From: Callorhinchus milii
Lineage: Eukaryota
Length of the DNA stretch: 64,000 nt
Assembly (NCBI RefSeq): GCF_018977255.1
Contig: NW_024704743.1
Span: 88,476,001-88,540,000, forward strand
Direction: 5' to 3'
This document shows positions 26,424-38,464 of the stretch, in pieces (position 1 is the first letter of the stretch; each line of letters opens with the position of its first letter). Below the pieces are notes generated by a model, which did not search any database, was not told the DNA's origin, and was given only the letters and a program-made list of their open reading frames with translations. The position numbers were made by a program, and so were the translations under genes.

Positions 26424-26860
26424 GTCAGCTGGCTCAGTTGGTGGCACGCTCGCATCTGAGTCAGAAGGTCATGGGTTCAAGCTCTTTGCCAAAATTTGGA
26501 ACCCACATAGTCTATGACTAACACTCCGATGCAGTGCTGGGGGTGTGCTGCATTATTGAAGGGGGCATCCTTTGGATGAGACGTTAATTTTAACCATCTG
26601 TCAATCTGGACATTAAAAATCCCATAGCACTATTTGAAAAGGAAAGGGATTTTCTACTAGTGTCATGGCCAACAATCCCCCAAAATAAAATTGGTCATTC
26701 ACTCCATGGCTGTTTGTGGTACATTGCTGTGAGCAAATTGGTTGCCTCATTCACCCACAAAATGCACACAATCACACCACTTTATAGTATATCATGTGAA
26801 GTGCTTTGAGGCACCTCGACGACCATGATAAGGCATTTTAATAATTATAAGCATTACTAT
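26424..26860 (+). mobile_element. Deu-like SINE, full length, inserted in a decayed L2 fragment (about 25985-26900)
   Basis: gctggctcagttggtggcac head, core and tail; LARLH-like residues upstream. Confidence 0.85.
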
Positions 26861-27176
26861 TGTAAAAATCCACTCTACCTTCGGCTATCCCCCCCTCATA
26901 CTGTCACCAATTTAACTCCTTTATCGGGTTTCCATTCAGTTTCTATGAAGAAGCCCTGGATGAACACCTCTCTATGGCAAAGTAAATCAAGAGACGGGGA
27001 CAGGATTGACCCCTGTAATGATCCTAGCACTGAGACGGAAGTTTGAGATAGCTCATCCCAAAACTCCTTCATCTCACGGTTCTGCAGACACGAGTTTTGA
27101 TGAGCAAAATGCATATTGATCCTTCATTGTGCAATATTTTTTAAAAATCTTTATAAAGAATGAAATATCTATATTT

Positions 27177-27515
27177 GTGGAGTCCTGTGGTTTAAGGATT
27201 ATTATTTATATAATGCATTTGTGGTTAGAGCACTCGCTTTGCAAGCGAGTCACCTGGGTTCAATTCCAGGCAGAGGGCGAAACCTTGGGCAAGTTTTCTT
27301 ACTCCACACACCTAATAATAATCCCTACAAAACAAAACAATAACTTGGTCATTTTCAATCCACGACTGTTTGAGGGACATTGCTGTGCGCAATTGGCTGT
27401 CGCGTTTTGCCCACAAATATACAGTCAATTCACTTTACAGCATATTCTGTGAAGCACTTTGAGATGTCACGAAGACGTGAAAAGCGCTATATCAAATGCA
27501 AGGATTATTATTATT
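27177..27515 (+). mobile_element. tRNA/CORE-like SINE, short subfamily
   Basis: Head (with a small insertion), body lacking the central segment, and tail. Confidence 0.9.
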
Positions 27516-27529
27516 AAATGCTTTGAAAT

Positions 27530-27554
27530 NNNNNNNNNNNNNNNNNNNNNNNNN
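27530..27554. other. Assembly gap (25 N)
   Basis: Run of N in the sequence. Confidence 1.
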
Positions 27555-27880
27555 CCCAACCCCCCCCCACCTCCAACCCCCCCCCCAGCCCCCCCACCCC
27601 CCCCCCAGGAGCTCTCCCCCCCACCCCACAACTCCACCCCCCACCAGGAGCTCTCCCCCCCCCACTCCAACCCCCCCCAGGAACTCTTCCCCCCCCCCAC
27701 TCCAATCGCCCCCCCACCATTCCACCCCCCCCCCCGAGCTCTCCCCCGCATCCACCCAAATCCCACCCAGGAGTTCTCCCCACCCCCAACCCCCACTCTT
27801 TCCACCCAGGAAGCTCTCCCCTCCCCTCCCCATCCAAGGAGCTCCCCCCTCAACCCCCACCCATGGAGCTCTCCCCCCCA
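27555..27880. repeat. C-rich low-complexity degenerate minisatellite (caggagctctcccccc...-like units) beside the gap
   Basis: Recurrent gagctctcc motif in poly-C tracts; probably low-accuracy sequence. Confidence 0.8.
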
Positions 27881-28540
27881 AAAAAATGAATGGAGATTTT
27901 TGATGTCCTGGCAAAACGGCATTACTTGATGAATGGAGATTTTCTTGATGTCCTGGCAAACGGCAATTACTTGTGCATATTTTTTGAGATGTTTTGACAT
28001 TAAAGGTGCTTTATTAAATTAAGGATATTATGATTATTTCAAGATAAAAAGCAGTGGTTTTAACCATTTGCACTAATAGCCCAAGTTAGTTGTTTTGCCT
28101 TTGTCTCCAAAAAATGCTTACTGTGTTGACCCAATCTTCTGAGCAAAATCGCTGAGTGTTCCCAGGGACTTCTGTGTTTTTTCAGATTTCCAGCATTTGC
28201 AGTATTTTGCATTTGGAGTTATCGGGTAATTTGTTTTAGATCAAAATTGCTATTGCCAAACTTATTAGAGGATACTCTTAGCTTCCCATACACCAGATTT
28301 CTTTTGAGGAAAAACTCCTCTGAATGAAGAAAAAAGGTTTTATTCTTTGAATGACAGTATCCTTCCCACTATCAGATCCTATTGCCTATACGCCATATGA
28401 TGAATCTTATACTTCCTCTTTTCTTCCAAGACTCTTATCTCAAAATAAACTGAAGTTGTCTAACAGGAGAACTTTTATTATTGTGCAGAAACAAAAAAGA
28501 GACATGTGAGCAACTACCCCTATTGCATTAAAATGTCTCA

Positions 28541-28788
28541 AGGGCGAGGCCTTGGGCAAGTGTCCTTACTCCACATGCCTGATAATAATCCCTCAAGAAA
28601 ATAAAGAAATAATAATTTGGTCACTCAATCCATGACTGTTTGTGGGATAACTGCTGTGCACATTTGGCTGCCGCATTTTGCCCACAAATATACATTCAAT
28701 TCATTTTACAGTATATTCTATGAAGCGCTTTTGAGGCACCTGGAAGAAGTGAAAAGCGCTATAACAAATGCAAGGATTATTATTATTA
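28541..28788 (+). mobile_element. SINE, short subfamily, head missing
   Basis: ccttgggcaag...gcaaggattattatt. Confidence 0.85.
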
Positions 28789-29509
28789 TCTGAGTGTATT
28801 AAACCCTGGTCCCTATAGATTGAGCTGTTTGACATGGTAGATGATATGATGCTGCATACCCCTTTACAATGGTTACATGTTCTCAATTAGATACGTCTTG
28901 GCTGATGTATATATATTTGCTAAAAAAACACATTATGAGTTGACAGAGTTTCTCCCAGTGTCCTGGCCAACAATCCCCCAATAAAACTGATCTTTCACTT
29001 GATGCTGTGTGTGGGACATTGTTGTTTGCAAATTAGTTGTTATGATATGCTCACATACAAAATACAGTCAATCCGATTTACAATATATCCTGTGAAACTC
29101 TTTGATATGTCCTCCCAATGTGGAAGGCACTATACCAAATGCAAGGATTATTAGAATTATTATTATTATAGACTGACAGGTCAGATTGGTATCTTGTTAG
29201 AATTGCAGATAACTGTGTCAATACTTGTAGATATTTGTGCATTTAAAGCATTATCTGAGTATTAGTGAAACCAGTTACTTCGAAGTGCTGATATCTGCTA
29301 CCACTAACCATGCTGCAGAATCCTGGGATGTTCAAGCCCTGTGAGGTCCCACTTTCTTCTCCCAATCTTGTGAGCAATTGTAACTGAAGGAAAGGGTTCA
29401 TTTATTAAAATTATCACTTTGAAGAGTAACATGATCTTTTTCTGATCTAGAACTAAATGCATATTTCTTTTGTGGACCTTCAGCTCTTTTCGTTAAGACA
29501 AATACTTCG

Positions 29510-31372
29510 GGAAAGATATTAAAGTCTTAGAGGGGATGCAGAGGAGGTTTACGAAAATGATTCCGGGGATGAAGGGCTACAGTTATGAGGATAGATTGGA
29601 GCAGCTGGGTCTGTTATCACTGGAACAGAGAAGATTCAGATGGGACCCAATAGAGGTACACAAAATTATGAGGGATTAGACAGGGTAATAGGGAGGAGTC
29701 ATTTCCATTGATAAGGGAGCCGGTGATGAGGGGACAGAGTTATAGATAGCCACAAGAATAGTGAAAGGAGAATTTAGTAGGATTTTTTTCACCCAACAAC
29801 AACCAAAAGATTACATTTGTATAGTGGCCTTTCACGTCGGGAGGACGTCCCAAGGCGCTGGACAGTGTACAACATTTCAGACCCGAGCTGGGGTCAGGGC
29901 GGGAGAAGGGAGGGGAGGGGAAGGGGGGTGGCCAATGGCATGGTCGAAGAGGAGGGTTTTGAGGCGGGACTTGAAGGAGGTTAAGAAGGGGGTGAGGCGG
30001 AGTGACCAGGGGCTGGAATTCCAGAGGTTGGGGGCAGAGTGGCTGAAGGCTCTCCCGCCAATGGTGGGGTGGGTGGGTCAGGGGACGTGGAGCAGGCCAG
30101 AGCCGGCTGAGTGGAGGGAGCGGGCGGGTTAATAGGGAGTTAGGAGGTTGCAGAGGTAGGGTAGGGCGAGGCCATGGAGGGCTTTGTAAGTGAGGACCAG
30201 GATCTTGAACTGGATCCCTTGAAGGATAGGGAGCCAATGGAGTTGGGCGAGAGTTGGGGAGATGGCGCCACAGAGTTTGATGCGGGAGAGTTCAGAGTTC
30301 TGGATTATCTGCAGCCTATGGAGGGAGGGGTTGGGACGGCCGACAAGCAGCACGTTTGCATAGTCAAGCCTGGAGGTGATAATAATAATCCTTGCATTTG
30401 ATATGATAATAATAATAATAATCCTTGCATTTGATATAGCGCTTTTCACGTCGGGAGGACGTCCCAAAGCGCTTCACAGAACACACTGTAAAGTGAATTG
30501 ACTGTATATTTGTGGGCAAACGCGGCAGCCAATTGCGCACAGCAATGTCCCACAAACAGTTGTAGATTGAAAATGACCAATTTATTATTGTTTTTGGTTT
30601 TGGAGGGATTATTATTAGGCTCTGTGTGGAGTAAGGAAACTTGCCCAAGGTTTCGCCCTCTGCCTGGAATTGAACTCAGGTCTCTCACTTGCAAAGCGAG
30701 TGCTCTAACCACTGAGCTGCAGGACTCCACTAAAGGCATGAACAAGAGTTTCAGCGGCCTGAGGGGTGAGATAGTGACGGAGTCGGGCGATGTTACGGAG
30801 GTGAGGGAAGGCAGAGCGGGTCATGGCTTGGATGTGGGGAAGAAAAGACAGTTGAGGGTCGAACAAGACACCGAGGTTCCTGACTGGCGGTGAGTTGAAG
30901 TGTGCAATCATGGAGGTTGATGCTGCCAGAGCCTGAGGTGCTGAGGTGTTGGCGTGAGCCAATCAAGCAGGATGGTGGGATAAGGCAGGATGGTGGGATA
31001 AGGCAGGATGGTGGGATAAGGCAGGATGGTGGGATAAGGCAGGATGGTGGGATAAGGCAGGATGGTGGGATAAGGCAGGATGGTGGGATAAGGCAGGATG
31101 GTGGGATTAAATTGATCTCCTTGCTCTGTGAGCCAGTGTGGCTGAATGCCCTCCTTCTACACTGTAATAATAATAATCCTTGCATTTGATATAGCGCTTT
31201 TCACGTCGGGAGGACGTCCCAAAGCGCTTCACAGAACACACTGTAAAGTGAATTGACTGTATATTTGTGGGCGGACGCGGCAGCCAATTGCGCACAGCAA
31301 TGTCCCACAAACAGTCATGGATTGAAAATGACCAATTTATTATTGTTTTTGGTTTTGGAGGGATTATTATTC
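29510..31372. mobile_element. Nested cluster: CR1(+) 29510-29795 and 31100-31165; L2(-) 29795-30965; SINE(-) 30379-30730 inside the L2; SINE(-) 31165-31372
   Basis: LEGMQRRFTKMIPG CR1 motif; [12 protein letters not shown] and SRLDYAN L2 motifs; SINE head and tail. Confidence 0.9.
30967..31107. repeat. 18-bp minisatellite (GCAGGATGGTGGGATAAG), 7 full copies plus 15 nt
   Basis: Perfect tandem units starting at 30967, 30985 ... 31093. Confidence 0.97.
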
Positions 31373-32196
31373 TATGTTTCTAAATACAACATTTGAACTT
31401 ACTTTCACTGGATGAAACTATTGCAATTGGTCAAATAGAGATAAAACCATTTTCCCGGAGGTTAGATAAGCTAAGGTGGAATGTACCTTTTTTTAAAAAA
31501 ATAAGTACTGCCTGAGACAGGTAAAGGAATGTTCTTCAAACGTTCTGATGTGGAAAATGAGGTTACATAACATTCTGCAGAATAAAATGAGACAAAATGT
31601 CAACAGTGAGAACCACTCTGCAGTAGTTAATTTTTTTTGGTCAGTTGGGAGTCTGACACTTGCAGAAACCCATCACTATGCTTAAGAGTATCCAAACCAA
31701 ACTATTAGTTCAATGTGTCCTAGGCCTGGAGACCCCAGAGTGTGTGTTGAGGTACTGCTGGAGTCTAACCAGCTAAAACCGCATAGCTTGCCATTTGAAA
31801 GCACTATCATGCAAGCTGTCCTGCTGTTTGTCCAGCTAGGACCACCCTATCTGTTAGGGCTTTGGCTTGCAGGGTTAACAAGAGCTGAATGGGAAGAATA
31901 CCTGATCCCAATGACTGGTCTGCCCTTCCAAGTTCTGTCAAATTGCAACAGGTATAAATAAATTCCATTTTTTTTCAGATGATTATTTCAAAAATTCTAT
32001 AATGTTTGACAAATACATTTCTACTCAAGTTATTGGAAACAAATCAGAATTTTTACCAAATCAATTTTGAGTCAATAATTAAAATCAATAATTGACACAT
32101 TCATAGTTTTAGCAGAAAGATTGTGGGGATTGATTTTGTCTAACCAATTGTTTCTGACTTATACAAGTAATTTGCTTACATTGGCTTACTAAACCT

Positions 32197-32618
32197 TCTA
32201 AACTAATAAAGACAAAATGTCTGTCTGTCCACCAAGAACGCAATAACTGATTGACTTAGAAACCTCATCGGAAAGGTCTTGCATGGGATAGTGTCATGAA
32301 CTTATTTTTTGGTGGGATCTCTTATCGTTGATGAGCTATATTAAAAAATGCTTTAATTAATCCCCAAAATATGAGGTCTGCATGGTATTCTGCAACAAAG
32401 TAGCGACAACAGAAATCACACACCTTTCTAGAGAGAAACATCTATCTATACAATAGACAAAATGTCTGTCTGTGTGTCTGTCCGCCAATACCACAATAAC
32501 CGATTGACGTAGAGACATGATTTATACCTCATCGAAAAGGTCTTGCATTGGGGAGTTTCATGGGCATATCTTGGTGGGGCAATCTCCTATCATTGATGCG
32601 CTGTGATCTAAAAAAAGC
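32197..32618 (+). mobile_element. Two tandem non-autonomous Helitron-like 5' segments (from 32197 and 32441)
   Basis: TCTA(A/T)..AATA start, agacaaaatgtctgtctgt microsatellite and shared ~140-bp body; CTAG at 32428. Confidence 0.45.
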
Positions 32619-32619
32619 T

Positions 32620-33160
32620 CATCACACATGTATGGATTACTCAAACACACTCCTCACTGGTCTCCCCAGCTGCACTATTCAAAAAATCCTGGTCATTCAG
32701 AACTCTGCTGCCCACATACTCACCCAGACCAAACTCAGTACCCCATCTTACCAGTTCTGGCCAGGCTCCACTGGCTCTCCATCACCGAACAGATCGATTT
32801 CAAGATCCTCACACTCGTATTCAAATTATCACTCCCTGGCACCTCCCTATCTCTCACACCTACTTACTCCCCAATCCACCACCCGGCACCTACGCTCGAC
32901 TGGCACCTGCTTATCCCTCGCACTGTCCGCTCCACCATGGTGGTCGCGCTTTCAGCCACTAGGCCCCGAAACTGGAACACTCTCCCTCATTCCCTCTGCC
33001 TTGCCCCCTCCCCTTTTTCAAGTCCCGTCTGAAAACCTTCCTTTTTGATTGTGCTTACAGTCACCTCCCCCCCAGCCCCCCACTCAGAGTAAGGCTTTGC
33101 CACTATTAAGCGCTCTGAGAAGCTACCCTGCGTGGAGGCTGCTATACGTGCAAGTTGTTG
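32620..33160 (+). mobile_element. L2-clade LINE 3' fragment
   Basis: DYSNTLLTGLP, IQNSAA, LARLHWL motifs and caagttgttg tail. Confidence 0.85.
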
Positions 33161-33719
33161 CATAGTAGTTTTGCTTAAGGTGTGCACACAGTATTTATAG
33201 CATGGTTTGTGAGAGGTATCACTGAAATCAACATTCCATATTGGATCCTTTGGTTGCAAGCGTAGCTGCAACGGGTACAGCTTATATCTAATAAGTTCGG
33301 CATTTTGGGGACTACGAAAATGATTACTTGAACAAATCCATTTTGTTTGTGACTGAAATGAAAAGTAATGCATTTTTCTCTGTCTCCTTGCTATGCAAGG
33401 AAAGTTTGATATTCTCTACTAGTTTGTTACTCTAGTTGATTATTTTCTTTATAAACAGTTCGGTAGGGATACTTTGCATGCAAATTAATTTGTTAATAAT
33501 ATCATTCCTCATTGTAATCAAACATTGTTATAATGGCTTAAAATTACCAAATTCCCATTATATTGTAAATGTGTTTGATTTTTTTATTTGCTAAACTTAC
33601 TTTTCAAACAACTAAACCTGAACTACCTGTTTTTTGCATCCTTCCATTCAAAAGATATGTGAAGACATCATGAAGGAATTTTTTATTGATCATTAATCTT
33701 TAATTTACCTCTCCATCAG

Positions 33720-33793
33720 ATTCTGCCGTGTGTGTTGATTATGAGCAACTGGTTTCACATCCAAATGACGTGTCATGGAATGAAGAGAACTGG
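33720..33793 (+). CDS. C8orf88: C8orf88-like coding exon ((D)SAVCVDYEQLVSHPNDVSWNEENW)
   Basis: Acceptor tacctctccatcag, donor GTACGA; 74 nt, phase 1 in and phase 0 out, exactly bridging the flanking exons; little sequence similarity recognisable. Confidence 0.6.
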
Positions 33794-33809
33794 GTACGAT
33801 TACCTCCAC

Positions 33810-34370
33810 TTTTAAGATGTTGGTGTAGAAATAAGAAGGTTGAACATTTGTTCAAAAAACTAACACCTGCTCCTTTAGACTTTCAAAAGTTATGAGAATG
33901 TTTCAAATGCTGAAGGGCAACACAGTAAACTGAAATAGGCCTTGTTGAGCAATTGAATAGCACTTTTAGGTTTGGATTCTATTACTACCTTCACTTGACA
34001 GTAGCTGTTTCTGAGGTTGAGGATACATAAAAAATCAGCTGTGGCTCAAATAATTTCATCCATTCAGGGCAAAATAAGTGAATCTGTGTTTCATTGTTCT
34101 GACAACGATAGTCAATAGAGAACCGCAAGGTGCTTCTTACCAGCATCGTTGGTGATGTCCATGGACTTTATGATGGTTCAGTTACCTCAGTCTTTAGCAT
34201 GTTTCTGATTTTATCTTTGTCATTAGCAAGACGTGTCGTATGGATGGGGCAGTTTCCCATCTGTATTGAATGCTGTACTTTTCCGATCAGTCCTGTATCA
34301 TTGGCAGTCAATAAAAAGATATCCTGAAACTCCCAGATACTTGGAGTATATTTTCTTTTGAACTCCATTT
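33810..34370 (-). mobile_element. Ty3/Gypsy LTR retrotransposon RT relic
   Basis: EFQDIF..G..GKVQHSI...ML...V.EPS*SPWTSPTMLVR...RFSIDYR, then QGLFQFTVLPF, in broken frames. Confidence 0.8.
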
Positions 34371-35824
34371 TACCCCACTTCTCACAGTGGTACAGAACGG
34401 GTCAGGTATTAATTCCTTCAGTGAGGTGGGTGGCACTGGGAGCTATCCTCCATTCTGTTGTATGAGTTATTGGATGTAAAACAGGTGACCTTGTAGATTC
34501 AATGGGAGGTTAAAGAAAGCCCAGAGAGGAATGATGGGTGGGGGTGTGGCGGAGAGTAAAACATTTTTAAGCTTGTAGTAGAAAGCGTTTTCATTTGAGA
34601 GGTGTCACACAACACATTTTGGCTTGTGATAAGGCCCACCTGGAAAGTCTACAATGTGGTGTGTTTGACCGAGGCCTGTACAACTGATTTACCCACGCTC
34701 TTAATGGATCCATTCCAGTAATCGTTTTGCATTCAATAGTCATGTTGCAGCTGAATTATGCTTGAATATGTTATGCTGATTGTATTCATTTTAGAATAGC
34801 TGAATAAGATGCACAGAATGGATTCTTATTAAAGCTTAAGTACCTTCTAAATATATATTTAGAATTGTATTATTTTATTATGCTGCTAAATAAATATTAA
34901 CTGTTCAACTGACGATTCATTTTTATAATGTCAATAAAGCTTACAAGTAATTGAAAAACTGTTTCTGTAGCAAACGCACGAATAATTTCATACCTGCTGC
35001 CCTTAACAATTGTACATTTTTCTATGATAATAATCCTTACCTCTATAAGTGACTTTACCTCAGGGACTGTCTGAATGAGCAGAAGTAGCTGAATGATGAA
35101 CAACAATTACATTTATCTGATTCATCTATTAGCAGTGACAAAATAATTAATGCATTTTACTTCATTCAGTTGCTTAGATAACTGGATTATGGTGGTTTAT
35201 AGAAATAAAATCACAGCATGACACCATATAACTCAAGCAAAATTAGCTATTCCAGCCACACTATTCGGAATCATATACCATAGGAGGAGGCCATTCTGCC
35301 CATTGACTTTAAACTGATGTAAACTAAACTACTGCAATTATCTACCATAAACCCATTCGCATGCTCATATTCTGTATTTTTTATATTGTGTCTCTTTAAA
35401 TGTTAATCCAATTGCCTTATATATTTTGGTATTCTAGTTTCAATCAACATTTTTGTATATGCATTTTTTATTCTGAATTAATATTTAGATTGGCTTTTCT
35501 AGTTTTTATTTTACCCTGCTTTTGTTTCTCTTTATAATATAGCATGTGAGGTGCTTTGAGATCTCCCATATATGGAAAACACTATATCAGATTCAAAGAT
35601 TATTAATATCCACTCGAACTACAAAATCAATTTTGTTTTAATGTTCTAAACGCCTTTTACTTATTCGTATTTTTCCATATTAGCTTTCAACCTGTTATGA
35701 TTTATTAGGGGTGAATTGTAATTTATAGTTACTGCAGTAGTTCCTTTTAGTATTTTCAGTTTTACAGTATTTTTGTACTCTAGTTAATATTTATGTAACT
35801 TATTTACGTCATCATTCTTTTAAG

Positions 35825-36220
35825 TGTCAGCCTGGCTCATTTAGCAGCTCTCTCAGCTCTTGAGTCAGAAAATTGTGGGTTGAAGCCCCACACAGGACTT
35901 TAAACTTGCAGATTAAGCTGAAACTCCAGTAGAATGCTGAGGGAATATCGTTGGAGATGCTGTTCTTTGAGTGAGACTTTAAACTGAGGGCCTGTCTGGC
36001 TGTTCAAATGGACATTAATATCTTATAACATTATTTGAAACGGGAAGAGAATTTCTCCCAGTGTCCTGGCCAACAATCCTCTAGTTAAAATTGGACAAAC
36101 ATTTCATGTTTGTTGCTTTGTGCTAATTGTTCACCTCGAAAATACATGTTATAGTAAAACCTGGGAAGCGCTTTAAGAATCCTGACATGAAAGGAGGTAT
36201 ATCAAATACTATTATTATTA
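35825..36220 (+). mobile_element. Deu-like SINE
   Basis: Head, core (gtgtcctggccaacaatcc) and tail. Confidence 0.8.
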
Positions 36221-36479
36221 GAGATCAGATACAGAATAGGGTAAGGGAATATCCTTAGGGCAAATTTATTGTTCAATAGACTGAGTAAGGACCTGACATG
36301 ACCTCCAGTAGAGTGTGATCTTTCTACGCAATTTTTGTAAGTAAATGTAAGGACCTGAATTTCCTATGAGTATACTTATGGTCTTTTTACAGGACTCTTT
36401 TTGTGAAAAAAAAGTCCTCCAATTTTCACCTCTTCTAATGGTGTTATGGCCTCGTTTTTTTTTCTAGGATCAGTTCAAC

Positions 36480-36568
36480 AGGACCTGGTTACCCTCTGAC
36501 ATGTCAACACGTGACTATTATTCATGTGTGAGCTATGATAGTGAGTGTTGGCAGGTTAGTCGATCGTA

Positions 36569-36599
<31 letters not shown>

Positions 36600-36780
36600 T
36601 TCAAATGACTTGGATCTTGCTATCTAAAACCAACTAGAAGGGACTGCTATATTGTGATCAGAAGGATGAACATTGGCTGGTTTCCCCTTCCCTAACCGAA
36701 ATGCAAAGAGTAATTGCCATTGTAGTGTAATTGTCATCTCTGCTGCAGCGTGGCTGACACCAGCTCACCAGACCAAAATG
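36480..36780 (-). mobile_element. Ancient SINE-like repeat (AmnSINE2-like from memory); related decayed copies at about 3900-4070 and 50570-50820; contains a (TG)n(TA)n microsatellite
   Basis: Shared motifs (gtgatcag...ggctg..ttccccttccctaacc; gttagctga..cagcc on the other strand); family name not verified. Confidence 0.4.
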
Positions 36781-36789
36781 GCCAGTCTC

Positions 36790-37290
36790 CATAGAATCAT
36801 AGAATCGTACAGGACAAAAAGAGGCGATTCGGCCCATCGAGTCTGTGCCGGCTCTTTGAATAGAGCAATTAATGTCAATCCCACTCCCCAGCCCTTTCCC
36901 CATAACCCTGCAAACCCATCCTCCTCAAATACCTGTCCACCGCGTTTTTAAAGTAGTTATCGAATCGGCGTCGACCACCCTTTCAGGCAATGCGTTCCAG
37001 ATTCGAACAACTCGCTGCGTGAAAAAATTTCTTCTCACCTCCCCTCTGCTTCTTTTAGAGACTATTTTGTGACCTTGAGTCACCGACACACCCACCAGTG
37101 GAAACAGTTTTTCCCTTTCTAACCTATCAAGTCTCCTCATGATTTTGATGACCTCTATTAGGTCTCTTCGTAACCTTCTCTGCTCCAATGAGAATAATCC
37201 CAGCCTCTCTAGCCTGTCCTCATAATCAAGGTCCCGCATTCCTGGTGGCATCCTCGTATATCTCCTCTGCACCCTTTCCAATGCCTTAAT
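36790..37290 (-). mobile_element. CR1 LINE 3' fragment
   Basis: ERVQRRYTRMPPG, LGLFSLEQRRLR, FFTQRVVRIWNALP; (ttctatga)n-type tail. Confidence 0.92.
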
Positions 37291-38316
37291 CTATTATCTA
37301 TCAAAACTGTTCCCTCGCTCTCATTGAATTTGTCAGAATATCTATGACAATATCTAATAATTAAGGTAGTCCTTTACTAAATTGACTTAATCTGAACCAC
37401 CTCTGCTGTACCGTCAAGGCATCTAGATTTTAAGTACAGATTTGTCTTTTTGGACGTGCATTGGAGCATCCCAAATTGCAAAAATAAATTAATTCACTTA
37501 TTTTTTCAAATGGATATGCTTAAATACAGGTGAACAATATCAAAGGTTGATTGAATTAATAAAAAATGGAAAACAAACTGATCTCCAGACAGTTAAATAT
37601 AAAGAACAGCAGCATAAACCATAGTGCATAACCACCATTTTTTTTTGTTTTAAAGGTTACAAAACATTTGAAAATGTTCCGATGATGTACTTTATTATTA
37701 ATGACACCTAACCCATAATAAAAGTCTATCAGAACAATTTGATTTAGTTCCCTCAGTGTAGCTGAAGATCAGATACTGTTTTTCAATATTTGATAAGAAA
37801 ACCGTTGCAGAATTTGTGATGGAAAATAAGCCCAGTACTACACCATCATATGTTTGCAGGTTGTCTTATAGTTATTATTGGATAGTAATGGTATATTGTA
37901 TGCTTTGAAAAGTAAGCTAAACATTACTGTGTAAAGTTGCAACATAATCACACATTCTTGGGTGTTTAAAACTCTTAAGACCTAAATGTAATGTGAGGAA
38001 AATGTAAAAACCATTTGAGGAAAAAGTTATCTGTGTAGCCCAGCCAGGGAAGATGCAGGAGAATGGTATAGTAGTGGAACTTCTTAAAACCTTAACCATG
38101 ACCTATTGTGCTTTAGAGAGGTAGGATGTGGGTTCATACCTATGATTCTATGTTGTGAGTTATCAATTTTAATAATATTTTGGGAAAAATCCAAGCAGAG
38201 CTAGTTGTTTATCCAAACGGAAAATTTTGCCTACATCAAAACAGATGTTTTCAGATTGCAATTGATAGAGGACTAAGGTCATTATGCCAGGGAAGATCAA
38301 TTAATGATCAGTTAAT

Positions 38317-38464
38317 ATGCAGCAGGTCAGGCAGCATCTACGGAGAGAGAAAAAATGGTTAACTAATTTTCCCCTCTCCATGGATGCTGGCTGACCTGCC
38401 GCATGTTCCCAGCGACTTCTGTTTTTATTTCAGATTTCCAGCATCTGCAGTATTTTGCCTTTTA
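38317..38464. repeat. Palindromic (hairpin) interspersed repeat; second fragment at about 28150-28215
   Basis: Arms gcaggtcaggcagcatc..ggagag and ctctcc..gatgctggctgacctgc; shared flank ttcagatttccagcat.tgcagtattttgc. Confidence 0.8.

Noticed and set aside
26896..27130. 72-aa minus-strand ORF upstream of the inverted exon
   Set aside because: No convincing family motif or splice signals; may be a decayed LINE piece
27459..28000. Pro-rich and Gly-rich ORFs of 107-177 aa in several frames
   Set aside because: Translations of a poly-C low-complexity tract spanning an N gap
30793..31189. ORFs with (CLIPPS)n and (IRQDGG)n repeats; superficially array-like
   Set aside because: Translation of an 18-bp minisatellite; no spacers, so not CRISPR, and no splice or homology support
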